Positions 1-9,068 of a stretch of 64,000 nt of DNA are shown piece by piece. Positions within the stretch are counted from its first letter, which is position 1, and the number at the start of each line of letters is the position of its first letter. The stretch is from an uncultured Acidobacteriota bacterium (GTDB lineage: Bacteria > Acidobacteriota > Thermoanaerobaculia > Gp7-AA8), in contig CAWGHO010000002.1 of NCBI GenBank assembly GCA_963822445.1, positions 992,001 to 1,056,000 of the forward strand. The letters run 5' to 3'. The notes under the pieces are model-generated. The model was not told the DNA's origin. It did not search any database and was given only the letters and a program-made list of their open reading frames with translations. The position numbers were made by a program, and so were the translations under genes.

Positions 1-1
1 G

Positions 2-523
2 CTGATCGCGGCATCGCAGAAGGGTGACACGGGGGCGTACGACGCCCTCGTGTCACACTATTTGAGGCGGGTGATCTCGATCGCGTGGGGCATCGTGAGA
101 AACGCGCAGGATGCCGAGGATCTTGCTCAGGAGGCTTTCGTGAGTGCGTACCAGAACATCGGCCGGTTTCGCGCGGGAGAGCCGTTCGGGCCGTGGATCT
201 TTCGTATCGTCACGAATCGCGCTCTCGACCTGATGAAGCATCGCAACAAGTTCAAGAAAGTGGAACTGGCCGGCACCGAGCCTGTCGCCCGACGCGACGA
301 AGCACACCTCGGCGCCGAATCGAATGAGATCACCCGGCGCATCGACATGGCGCTCGACGAGCTTCCCGAGATGCAGCAGCTCGTGGCGCGGTTGCACCTG
401 ATCGAGGAAATGGAGCATGACCAGATCGCGGCAGTCACCGGTCTGAGCGGCGGAACGGTTCGCTCGCATCTGTCACTGGCGCGAGCGAAGTTGAAGCAGA
501 AACTGGCGGACCTCTATGAGTGA
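2..523 (+). CDS. ECF-type RNA polymerase sigma-70 factor (5' truncated by window edge)
   Basis: Frame is open from position 2 (LIAASQKGDTGAYDALV...). Region 2 motif DAEDLAQEAFV..W..RIVTN; region 4 motif EIAAV-like/GTVRSHLSLAR. Confidence 0.93.
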   Translation: MIAASQKGDTGAYDALVSHYLRRVISIAWGIVRNAQDAEDLAQEAFVSAYQNIGRFRAGEPFGPWIFRIVTNRALDLMKHRNKFKKVELAGTEPVARRDEAHLGAESNEITRRIDMALDELPEMQQLVARLHLIEEMEHDQIAAVTGLSGGTVRSHLSLARAKLKQKLADLYE

Positions 524-809
524 GAACGACCCATTCTTCGAGCGCCTTCGGGCGGACGCGCGGCCGTTGCGCTACGAGCCGGATGAATTCGCGCTGGCGC
601 GGATCCGGGCGAACATCCGCGCGCGGCTCGAGCGTCCCACGGTCGCGCAGCTCCTCGCGGCGTGGTTCCGGCCCGTTCTCGCCACGGTCGCGCTTCTCGC
701 GTCGATCGCGGTGTTCACGCTGACGAACCAGGAGCCGGCCGAGGAGAGCACGTTCGCCGAGGAGCGGCTGGAGATCGTGATGGCCGGAGACACGTATCGT
801 GTCGACTGA
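516..809 (+). CDS. Putative anti-sigma factor (single TM helix)
   Basis: Overlaps the sigma stop; one hydrophobic helix (VLATVALLASIAVF); typical position in ECF operons. Confidence 0.7.
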   Translation: MSENDPFFERLRADARPLRYEPDEFALARIRANIRARLERPTVAQLLAAWFRPVLATVALLASIAVFTLTNQEPAEESTFAEERLEIVMAGDTYRVD

Positions 810-1209
810 CCGCAGCAAGACCAGGACGATCGTCATCGCCGCGCTGGCACTCGTCGTGACGTTCATCGCCGGATTCGTCGTCGGCGCGGTCGTCGATCGG
901 TTCCTGACCATGCATCGCCCAGGGGTCCGTCGTCCGCCGGCGATGGTTGCCCACGCGATGCTCGAGCGGCTGGACCATCGTCTCGATCTCACCGATCAGC
1001 AGCGCGTGCAGATCGAGGCGATCCTCGAGAAGCGGCATGACCGCATCCATTCGCTGCAGGAGTCCATTCATCCGAAGGTGCAGGCGGAGATTCAGCAGAC
1101 CAACGCCGAGATCGAGCGCGTGCTCACGCCCGAGCAGCGGGAGAAGTTTCAGAAGCTGAAAATGCGGATGCATCCCAGAGGTAGAGGGCGAAAGGGATCC
1201 ACCAGATGA
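799..1209 (+). CDS. Periplasmic Spy/CpxP-like (heavy-metal-resistance-type) helical protein
   Basis: N-terminal TM anchor plus LDLTDQQ and VLTPEQ motifs (LTxxQ repeats). Confidence 0.8.
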   Translation: MSTDRSKTRTIVIAALALVVTFIAGFVVGAVVDRFLTMHRPGVRRPPAMVAHAMLERLDHRLDLTDQQRVQIEAILEKRHDRIHSLQESIHPKVQAEIQQTNAEIERVLTPEQREKFQKLKMRMHPRGRGRKGSTR

Positions 1210-1540
1210 AGTCGTTGGTCACGCAGAGGACGACGCTCTTCATCGGCCATGTGCCGTTCCAGAGCAACTGAGCGAGTCCGATCGGGCCGAGGACCTTCCC
1301 GAGGAGGCCTACCGCGGCGATGGCGAATCCGCGCTCCGGGTGACGCGCGACCTGCCAGTAGAGAAATCCGTAGACGCCGACCACCATCCCCAGGCAGGCG
1401 AAGATCTCCGGGTAGTTCATCGGCGGCATGCCGGCGAAGCGGAAGAGCCACTGCGGATCGGCCGCCGAATACGCGCCCCAGGCGAGGTTGTACGCGCCGG
1501 CGATCGCGAACACGACTTGATGGAAGCGGCGGCGCTTCAT
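1124..1540 (-). CDS. Small integral membrane protein of unknown function
   Basis: Four hydrophobic segments; ATG overlaps the upstream TGA; GLLGKVLGPIG and TNDFIWWIPF blocks. Confidence 0.75.
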   Translation of the reverse strand: MKRRRFHQVVFAIAGAYNLAWGAYSAADPQWLFRFAGMPPMNYPEIFACLGMVVGVYGFLYWQVARHPERGFAIAAVGLLGKVLGPIGLAQLLWNGTWPMKSVVLCVTNDFIWWIPFALYLWDASAFSASETSPAARA

Positions 1541-2334
1541 GCGAGAAACTCCAACAGCTCCTCGTGATCAAAGACGCTCGGCGAGAGACAGCCTTTCAAT
1601 CCATCGAGCCGATGCAGGGCGAACACGAGCGGGAGGATAGCGAAACGCTGGTCCTTTCCGCGTGCAACGGCGACGCGATCACCGGCGCGTACTTCCACTC
1701 CGCCGCCGCTGCTGCCGAATTTGAAAGGCCTCGCCCACCTGCTGATCAACTTCGCGACACGGATTCGCGCGTTCGGCGGAAGCAGGCCAAGGACGCGAAG
1801 CATCGGCCCGGCGAGGGGCATTTCGAATTTCACGCGCGTTTCGGCGTCGATGCCCAGCTCGCGACGCAGCAGCTCGCGATTCGGGCTGACGAGATTCGCG
1901 GCGCTGCTCATCGCGGCGGCGCCTTTTTCGTTCGCGTTTCCGATCTCAAGGGTGATGGTCGCGTTCTTCGGCGCACCCAGTTTGCGCACGAGCGCCCCAG
2001 CGACTGCAGGAAAACTGGAGAGGCCGGGGATCACCGCGACTTCTTTTTCAATTGCGAGCGCGTTCAGCGCTTTGTCATCGAGGAGATCGAAGAACCAGCC
2101 CGCGTCGTCGGCGATGTCGAGCCAGTGCGCGCCTGCTTCGACAGCGTCACGCACCATTGCGCGATCGAGATCCTGAAACGGTCCGGCCGCGCAGGCCACG
2201 GCGTAGGCTCCACGGAAATCGAGGTGCTCGCGCGTTCCGGCGATGACTTCGAAGTCGTTTTCGAGCTCGCGCACCAGCAGCGAGCCGAAGACGCCGCGAG
2301 CGCCGATTACGACGACTCGCCGCTTCGAAGCCAT
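1537..2334 (-). CDS. Saccharopine dehydrogenase-like NAD(P)-binding oxidoreductase
   Basis: Start re-called to MASKRRVVVIGARGVFG (Rossmann GxxGxxG); CAAGPF and HWLDIAD motifs. Confidence 0.8.
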   Translation of the reverse strand: MASKRRVVVIGARGVFGSLLVRELENDFEVIAGTREHLDFRGAYAVACAAGPFQDLDRAMVRDAVEAGAHWLDIADDAGWFFDLLDDKALNALAIEKEVAVIPGLSSFPAVAGALVRKLGAPKNATITLEIGNANEKGAAAMSSAANLVSPNRELLRRELGIDAETRVKFEMPLAGPMLRVLGLLPPNARIRVAKLISRWARPFKFGSSGGGVEVRAGDRVAVARGKDQRFAILPLVFALHRLDGLKGCLSPSVFDHEELLEFLA

Positions 2335-2915
2335 CGTGCGACGACCGTCATCCAGGCGATGAGGGAGATGAAAAGCAGCGCGGAGGTGATGGTCTGCAGC
2401 CGCGGATCGTGGCGCAGCGACGCGAGAGCCAGGGCGATGCCGCTTCCGGCGACCGGTCCCGCCAGCACCAACGCCAGTCTCGGCAAGACGCGCCAACCGG
2501 CGATCCCCAGCATCACAAACGCCGCGGTGTACAGGCCGTTCGCCGCGTAACCGATCAGCACTTCCAGCTCGCGATCGAGGCGCGCGAATTCATCGCCGCG
2601 AAGCTGGGGAAGGATGCCGATGTATTTCGCCTCGCAGGTGATGTCGAGCGCGAGACCAGCCGCCGCCACAGCCACCGCGGTGATGGAAAGGACGTCACGA
2701 AAACGGAGCGCGAGCGCGACGTACAAAGCGATCAGCGAGATCGCCGCCGCGTGCCACAACACCCACCCGCCCATCCACGCCAGCGGATGGGCGTTCATGT
2801 ACGCGAGCCGCTGTTCTTCGGGAAAGCCGGGCAGACCCTCGCGCAGAAACAGGAGCATGGCCGCCGCCGCGACGAAGTGCGCCGCCGCGGCGAACCATGC
2901 CACCCGTGCGTGCAT
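2307..2915 (-). CDS. Integral membrane protein of unknown function
   Basis: About six TM helices; co-oriented between cysK and the oxidoreductase. Confidence 0.75.
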   Translation of the reverse strand: MHARVAWFAAAAHFVAAAAMLLFLREGLPGFPEEQRLAYMNAHPLAWMGGWVLWHAAAISLIALYVALALRFRDVLSITAVAVAAAGLALDITCEAKYIGILPQLRGDEFARLDRELEVLIGYAANGLYTAAFVMLGIAGWRVLPRLALVLAGPVAGSGIALALASLRHDPRLQTITSALLFISLIAWMTVVARWLRSGESS

Positions 2916-2924
2916 GTGCGAGCC

Positions 2925-3935
2925 CTACGCGGTCGGCGGTGCTGATGCCGCAGCCTGCTGCGCCGCCAGCATCGCCGGCGTCGTCGCGGGCTGATTCACG
3001 AGGTCGGTGTATTCGAACAGCGCCGTCGTCAGATACCGCTCGCCGGTGTCGGGAAGCACGGCCACGACGCGCTTGCCGGGTCCGAGCTCTTTCGCAATCT
3101 CGAACGCCGACCAGGCCACCGCTCCCGCGGAGATGCCGACGAAGATGCCCTCTTCACGAGCGAGCCGCCGCGCAACCGCGACGGCATCTTCGAACGCGAC
3201 GTCGATGATGCGATCGACGACGTCGGCGCGATAGATCGACGGAATCATCCCCGCGCCGATGCCTTGAATCTTGTGAGGGCTGTGCGTCCCGCCCTTGAGC
3301 ACCTGCGACTCGACCGGCTCCACGGCCACGACCAGCGCGCCTGGAATCTCTTTCTTCAGAATCTCGCCAACGCCCGTGACCGTCCCGCCGGTACCCACGC
3401 CAGCGACGAACGCATCGAGCTTCCCGCCGCAATCGCGAATGATTTCCCGCGCGGTGGTCTCGCGATGGACTTTCAGATTCGCGGGATTGTCGAACTGCAG
3501 CGACAACCACGCGCCGGGCGTCCGCTGCGCGTACTCACCGGCCTGCCGCTGCGCTTCTTTCACTCCCATCGGCGCCGGCGTCAAAAATAACTCCGCGCCA
3601 AGGGCCTGGAGGAGCTTGCGCCGCTCGACGGACATGGAGTCGGGCATGAACAGCGTGCACTTGTAGCCTTTCGCCGCGGCGACGAACGCCAGCCCGATTC
3701 CGGTGTTGCCGCTCGTGGCCTCGACGATGGTCGAGCCGGGCTTCAACTCGCCGGCCTTCTCCGCCTCTTCAACCATGGAAATGGCGATGCGGTCTTTGAC
3801 GGACGAGAGGGGGTTGAACGCTTCGAGCTTGACCACCACCTCCGCCGCGCCTTCCGGCGCAACGCGGTTCAGACGGACCATGGGTGTGTTGCCGATGAGC
3901 TGGGTGATGCTGTCGTAGATCTTCCCGTGTTGCAT
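2925..3935 (-). CDS. cysK: Cysteine synthase A (O-acetylserine thiol-lyase)
   Basis: IGNTPMV, NPLSSVKDR (PLP lysine), ATSGNTGIG, GVGTGGT, HKIQGIG, PDTGERYL; GGAGG RBS. Confidence 0.96.
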   Translation of the reverse strand: MQHGKIYDSITQLIGNTPMVRLNRVAPEGAAEVVVKLEAFNPLSSVKDRIAISMVEEAEKAGELKPGSTIVEATSGNTGIGLAFVAAAKGYKCTLFMPDSMSVERRKLLQALGAELFLTPAPMGVKEAQRQAGEYAQRTPGAWLSLQFDNPANLKVHRETTAREIIRDCGGKLDAFVAGVGTGGTVTGVGEILKKEIPGALVVAVEPVESQVLKGGTHSPHKIQGIGAGMIPSIYRADVVDRIIDVAFEDAVAVARRLAREEGIFVGISAGAVAWSAFEIAKELGPGKRVVAVLPDTGERYLTTALFEYTDLVNQPATTPAMLAAQQAAASAPPTA

Positions 3936-3960
3936 TGAGTCCTCCGCTTGGCGACGCTCA

Positions 3961-4103
3961 GTCTATCCTTCGCGCGGGGTGGCGGCTGGCGGGCGCGGAG
4001 GATCTACGGTTACACCGCGACGGCGGAGCCAGAGACGCTACACGTTAGGTCACATGGACCCGGTAACCGTAGATCCTCCGGCGCTGCTGGGCGAAGGATA
4101 CAC
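3961..4103. repeat. Long imperfect hairpin (nested inverted repeats)
   Basis: Perfect 18-bp IR CGGAGGATCTACGGTTAC 3996-4013 / 4063-4080; outer IR GTCTATCCTTCGC 3961-3973 / GCGAAGGATACAC 4091-4103 with one mismatch. Confidence 0.85.
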
Positions 4104-4105
4104 GG

Positions 4106-4251
4106 GAGGCCTCCGGCGGCCGGGGCCACGGGCCCCGGACCCCGCTGGTTGGCCTAGCCTCCGCGACACTACTCCTCAGCAGCGACACTGTGTCGCGGAG
4201 GCTAGGCCAACCAAACGGGTCCGGGCCCGTGGCCCGGCCGCCGGAGGCCTC
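4106..4251. repeat. Long GC-rich hairpin, REP/MITE-like
   Basis: Perfect 24-bp core IR 4146-4169 / 4190-4213, extending with bulges to GAGGCCTCCGGCGGCCGG / CCGGCCGCCGGAGGCCTC ends. Confidence 0.85.
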
Positions 4252-4272
4252 TGGTCGTTCCCTTTTGCGAGC

Positions 4273-4989
4273 CTAGTGAGCCACAGCAGCGCCGGACGCC
4301 TGGCCCAGGTACCGGTACCCGATCTTGGCCACGGCCACGATCACCGCGGCATCCGTCCCCACCGCCTTCTGAAGCTTGCGGCGCAGGCGGGTCACGTGCG
4401 TGTCCACCGTCCGGCTGTTCAGATTCAGATCGACGCGGTAGTTCCAGACTCGCGAGAGCAGCTCGTCGCGCGGCACGACCCGTTCCTTGTTCTTGAACAG
4501 GTACATGAGCAGATCGAACTCTTTCGGGGAGAGCTTCAGCTTCTGGTTGTTCGCCGAAGCCTCGCGCGTCGCCGGATCGAGGCGGATCAGCTCGTCCTCA
4601 CAGACCGTCTTCGCGGTCGACGTCACGGCCTCGCTGCGGCGCATCACCGCGTCGATGCGGGCGAACAGCTCCTGCACGCCGAACGGCTTCGTCACGTAGT
4701 CGTCCGCGCCGCCGCGGAGGCCGCGCACCTTGTCCGTCTCCTGGCCGCGGGCGGTCAGCAGGATCACCGGCACTTTCGACATCTTGCGGATGTGGTCGAG
4801 GACTTCGAAGCCGCTCTTCTTCGGCAGCATCAGGTCCAGCAGCACGAGATCGGGCGATTCGGCGTGGAACAGCCGGATGGCCTCCTCACCGTCGCCGGCG
4901 GTCACGGTTTCGTAGTTCTCGTGGCGGAGGTTGATCTCCAGCCCCTGCCTGAGGCCTGCCTCATCCTCCACGATCAGGATCTTCGTCAT
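4273..4989 (-). CDS. OmpR/PhoB-family response regulator
   Basis: REC (IVEDE, LLDLMLP, LTARG, DDYVTKPF) plus winged-helix domain (SRTVDTHVTRLRRKL, GYRY). Confidence 0.95.
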   Translation of the reverse strand: MTKILIVEDEAGLRQGLEINLRHENYETVTAGDGEEAIRLFHAESPDLVLLDLMLPKKSGFEVLDHIRKMSKVPVILLTARGQETDKVRGLRGGADDYVTKPFGVQELFARIDAVMRRSEAVTSTAKTVCEDELIRLDPATREASANNQKLKLSPKEFDLLMYLFKNKERVVPRDELLSRVWNYRVDLNLNSRTVDTHVTRLRRKLQKAVGTDAAVIVAVAKIGYRYLGQASGAAVAH

Positions 4990-5037
4990 GTCATCGTCTC
5001 CGTTCGCATGTTACGGACGCTTGTTCGCAATAGTTTC

Positions 5038-6591
5038 TCAAAACGCAGCCTCGCGAGCCCGCGGCATAGCCACAACCTCCTCGGGCGCACTGAGCGCAAC
5101 CGGGAACATCAGGCGGAACGTCGAGCCCTTCCCCGCCTCCGACTCCACCGCGACCTGGCCGCCGTGGGCCTCGACGATCTGGCGCACCAGTGTGAGGCCG
5201 AGGCCGGCTCCGCGGCGGCTGATCGTGTCGGAGAACTTCGCGCGGAAGTACGGCTCGAAGATGTGTGACGCGTCCGAGCCCTCGATGCCGATGCCGCGAT
5301 CGCGGACCTCGATGATCACGTGCTCCGGCGTCTGGCGCAGGATCACGTCGATCGTCTTCGCGTCGTCCTTGTCCGGAGCCGAGTACTTGATGGCGTTGTC
5401 GATCAGGTTCAGCAGCGCACGCGAGACCGAATCGCGATCCCACATCTGCGCGCCGACCGTGTCGTCGATCTCCACGTTCACGGTGAAGCCTTTGCTCTGG
5501 ATCCAGGAGTCGTACGTCGTGACGAGCGTGCGAATCAGGTCACGCGGCTGCACGGTGGTGAAGGCCAGCGCCTTCTCCTGTTTGTTCTGGATGCGTGCGA
5601 CATCGAGCACGTTCTCGACGAGATGCGAGAGCAGGAGCACCTCGCGGAGGATCTGATCCTCGATCTGCACGCGCTCGTGGTCCTTCAGCTTGCGCTTCAG
5701 CGTTTCCGCGCCGAGGCGGATCATCGAGAGCGGCGTGCGGAGCTCGTGGGAAACGTTCGCGATCAGTGCGCCGCGCAGTTTCGCGGTCTCGGATTCCTTC
5801 TGCAGCCCGCGGAGCGCGAGGAGGGCGCCAACGCCGGTGAGGCAAAGGGCGAGGAAGCTGAGCCAGAGGCTGAGCAGGCGGTAGTTGCTCCAGCCCGTGC
5901 CGCCGACGTAGGCCGTGCGGACTTCCGCGCGGATTCCGAACTCCTCGAGCGGCTTCTCCAGTGGTGCGACGTAGACCAGGCCTTCCGGCACTTTGTGCAG
6001 TCCGTGTTGACGCGGTTTCTGCACGAGCGTCACGTCGCCGCGCTGCTTCGGGCCGGTGCGCATGAGGGGCTGCTGCCGCACGGTGGTGTGCACGGCGGCG
6101 AGAAGCCGGTTCGCGTCGTAGCGGTACTTGACCGATCCCGCCGCGGTGAAGAACTCGCCGGTCAGACTCACTTTCGGCGACGGGCGGTTCGCGAGCGACT
6201 CCGTGACGACGACCGAGCTGGCCGGATCATCGTCCGGCACATACACCGCGGCGACGATCCAGTCGTGAAGAAGGATCCATTCGCGCAGGAGGGAGAAGCT
6301 CGGCGCGCCGACGCGGCGCTCCATCTGCTGATATTCATCGGATGCGCGGGCCATCTCGGCGCGCGCTGCAGCGTCGACGCGGCGGGCGGTGATGTCGGCG
6401 GCATACGTCGCGTACTGCTCGGCGAGCGTCGTTGCCGTCTCCTCCATCTTCACGGAGAGGTAGTAGGAGCGCCAAGCCAGTGCGCCGAGGCCGAGGGAAA
6501 TGATGAGGAAGGGAAGGAGAATCGAGACGCGGTCGGGTCGGCCTCCACCGCGGGAGGCTCGTCTCAACTTCGCAAGAAGCTCGCGCACCAT
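5038..6591 (-). CDS. Membrane sensor histidine kinase
   Basis: Two TM helices, H-box VSHELRTPL, N-box NLIDNAIKYS, G-boxes DRGIGI and GAGLGL. Confidence 0.95.
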   Translation of the reverse strand: MVRELLAKLRRASRGGGRPDRVSILLPFLIISLGLGALAWRSYYLSVKMEETATTLAEQYATYAADITARRVDAAARAEMARASDEYQQMERRVGAPSFSLLREWILLHDWIVAAVYVPDDDPASSVVVTESLANRPSPKVSLTGEFFTAAGSVKYRYDANRLLAAVHTTVRQQPLMRTGPKQRGDVTLVQKPRQHGLHKVPEGLVYVAPLEKPLEEFGIRAEVRTAYVGGTGWSNYRLLSLWLSFLALCLTGVGALLALRGLQKESETAKLRGALIANVSHELRTPLSMIRLGAETLKRKLKDHERVQIEDQILREVLLLSHLVENVLDVARIQNKQEKALAFTTVQPRDLIRTLVTTYDSWIQSKGFTVNVEIDDTVGAQMWDRDSVSRALLNLIDNAIKYSAPDKDDAKTIDVILRQTPEHVIIEVRDRGIGIEGSDASHIFEPYFRAKFSDTISRRGAGLGLTLVRQIVEAHGGQVAVESEAGKGSTFRLMFPVALSAPEEVVAMPRAREAAF

Positions 6592-6608
6592 CGGATTTCA
6601 GCCATCGA

Positions 6609-7070
6609 TCAGTTCGAGCCTGCCGGATGCACGTGCGTCGCGAGATGGCCGGCGATGATCTTGTCCATCTGCTGCTTCGAGTACGGCTCGAGCCGGATGT
6701 CGAGCTTGCGGTAGCCGCCCTGGCGCCAGATGATCAGGCCGACCCGGCCCGTGTTGCGCGCATCGGCCACGAGCTGCTTGAAGTCGCGCGTGCTCGCGTG
6801 CGTCAGCGACTTGCCGTTGATGGCGATCAGACGGTCGCCGACGCGAAGGCCGGCCCGCTCGGCAGGGCTCTTCTCGGTGATCGACTTGACCACCAGGCCG
6901 GGCTTCTTTTCTTCGATCTGGGCACCGTGGTAGCGCCTGCCGCCGAGCATGTTGCGGATCTGCTGATCGCATTCACGAACGGCAACGTTGCACTTCAGAT
7001 CGTCGGCGTACACCGACGTGACGGCGGCGATGAGCCCCGCGATGGCGAGTCTGGAGAGGCGATGAACCAT
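6609..7070 (-). CDS. Secreted PDZ-domain protein
   Basis: Signal peptide from MVHRLSR; SPAERAGLRVGDRLIAING PDZ signature. Confidence 0.85.
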   Translation of the reverse strand: MVHRLSRLAIAGLIAAVTSVYADDLKCNVAVRECDQQIRNMLGGRRYHGAQIEEKKPGLVVKSITEKSPAERAGLRVGDRLIAINGKSLTHASTRDFKQLVADARNTGRVGLIIWRQGGYRKLDIRLEPYSKQQMDKIIAGHLATHVHPAGSN

Positions 7071-7192
7071 TGGCTGAAATCGTGTTCCTTGACCGCTCGA
7101 CACTCTACGGCGGTTCCTCCGGAACGCCATTTACAAATCAGAAAAAGTCAGCTGAATTCCAATGAGTTACGAGGAAATTGACACGATCGCGC

Positions 7193-9046
7193 TCAGTGCG
7201 CAACAGCCCGCCTCCTGCCGGTCGGCGGGGGTGGTGGCGGTGGCGGCGGGGTGGTGTCGGGTCCGTAGACACGCAGACGGTAGCGGTCGGCAATGACCAC
7301 CTTCTCCCCGGCGACCGACATCTGCATCGGCGAGGTGACGGCCATGCCGGTCTCGACGAAGGCCGCCCCGTCCGGCACAGCGAGGGTGTGCAGGAGGCCT
7401 TCGCGAGCCGCGAACACGGTCGTGTCGTTCGTGGCCAGCATCTCCAGCCCGCTGAGCGGCACGAACCCGACGTGGCGCGGCACGAAGCGGTCTTCGGCGA
7501 CGCTGTAGATCGCCACGCCCTGCTTCGACCGCAGCACCACGTGGTGCGCGAGCGGCGCGTTGGGCGGCAGCGTCTCGAGCTGAAAGTACTGGCCCTGGTG
7601 CACCGTGCGATCGACGACCTTCGTGCGATCGGTGATGTCGATGGTGAGGAAGGTGGCCTGCTGGATCGTGTAGATCACGTCATCGCCGGCGGCGACGTCG
7701 AGATAGTGGAAGATGCGGCCGGCGATCTGAACGGGATTCTGCGGATCGCTGTAGTCGACGACATGCAGCCCGCTGTGCTGATTGGCCTCGACGAATGTGT
7801 CTCTGGCCAGGGCCGCGAAGCTCGGGGCGTGCCCCTGCGTGTGCCACTTGCCGATGATCTTCGGCGCGCGAGGGCTGGAGACGTCGATGAGCACGACCCA
7901 GGTGCGGCCGTAGTTGATGGCCAGTCCGTTCTTGACGCGGATGTAGTCCTGAATGTCCGGCACGACGATCGAGGCCATCTCCCGCGGCTCGGTGGTGGTG
8001 GAGATGTCGAGCACGCGCAGGTACGGCGCGTCGATGACGTAGGCAATCGAGCCGTCGGTCCAGACGCCGCTGATCGGACCGGCCAGATCGCGATATTCGC
8101 CGAGGTGCATGGCCGCCGCGGGATTGGTGGTGTCGAAGACGCGCAGCGGCGCGCCAGTCTCGAAGGTGAAGCCTTCGTCATCGACCGTCGCCCCGGCGAG
8201 GAAGACCAGCGATCCGCTCGCCGCGAGAACGTTGATCCACTCCGTCACCGAGCCGATCAGCCGCGGCTCGGAAGGCTTCGAGCCGTCGAAGATGTGCAGG
8301 GTGTCGGGCGCTTCGATCGCGTAGACCCGTGAGCCGGAGGCCGCGACGCGCGACAGGCGCAGCTCGCCGCTGCCCGTCAACCCCACCGTGCTCCGCGTAG
8401 CCACATCAATCGCAAACAATCCTCGGATATCCGCAGCAGCCCAGAGCGTCGAGCCGGAAAGCGCGAGGTCGACCGCGCTGACCGGGATCGTGTTCAACGT
8501 CTCGCCGCTGTTCACGTCGATCGCATGAATGCCCATCTGCTCGATCGCCGCGAACGCCACACTGCCGCTCAACTCCAACGCGCGAACGTTGCCGCTGAAT
8601 GAAATCTGCTGACTGATGACCAGGCCGTCCGCCGTCCGTTCGAGGACCAGCAACGTGCGATCGGTGACGGCGGCGACGCGGCTGCTGGAGGCGGCGATGT
8701 GCGTCACGCGTCCGGACACGTCGGTCGTCGCGAGACGGGACAGCGTGCCGTCGGCGTTGATGGCGAAGCGATCGATGCCTTTCGACGTCGCCACGACGAG
8801 ATCGCGATCGCCGGCCAGCGCCAGATCGACGGCCTCGCCGTCGCCATTCTCAACGTCGATTCTCTGGATCGCCGCGGGATTCGTTACGTCGTAAACCGAA
8901 ACGCCGCGGCCATCGGCGGCGTAGAGCAGGTTGCCGCGCAGCACGAACTGTTTGCTGATGCCGCGCTCACCCCAGATGCCCTGGGGCTGGGCGGCGGCGA
9001 GGCTCGAGAGAAGAGAGAAAAGAAAGAGGACGAGGAGTTTTCGCAA
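7193..9046 (-). CDS. Secreted LVIVD-repeat / beta-propeller protein with poly-Pro linker and RRRAVAH tail
   Basis: TTG start before signal peptide LRKLLVLFLFSLLSSLAAA-Q; repeats such as GVSVYDVTNP, LRVFDTTNP, LRVLDIS, GLHVVDYSDP. Confidence 0.82.
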   Translation of the reverse strand: MRKLLVLFLFSLLSSLAAAQPQGIWGERGISKQFVLRGNLLYAADGRGVSVYDVTNPAAIQRIDVENGDGEAVDLALAGDRDLVVATSKGIDRFAINADGTLSRLATTDVSGRVTHIAASSSRVAAVTDRTLLVLERTADGLVISQQISFSGNVRALELSGSVAFAAIEQMGIHAIDVNSGETLNTIPVSAVDLALSGSTLWAAADIRGLFAIDVATRSTVGLTGSGELRLSRVAASGSRVYAIEAPDTLHIFDGSKPSEPRLIGSVTEWINVLAASGSLVFLAGATVDDEGFTFETGAPLRVFDTTNPAAAMHLGEYRDLAGPISGVWTDGSIAYVIDAPYLRVLDISTTTEPREMASIVVPDIQDYIRVKNGLAINYGRTWVVLIDVSSPRAPKIIGKWHTQGHAPSFAALARDTFVEANQHSGLHVVDYSDPQNPVQIAGRIFHYLDVAAGDDVIYTIQQATFLTIDITDRTKVVDRTVHQGQYFQLETLPPNAPLAHHVVLRSKQGVAIYSVAEDRFVPRHVGFVPLSGLEMLATNDTTVFAAREGLLHTLAVPDGAAFVETGMAVTSPMQMSVAGEKVVIADRYRLRVYGPDTTPPPPPPPPPTGRRRAVAH

Positions 9047-9068
9047 GCGGCCGTGGTCGCTGCAAACT

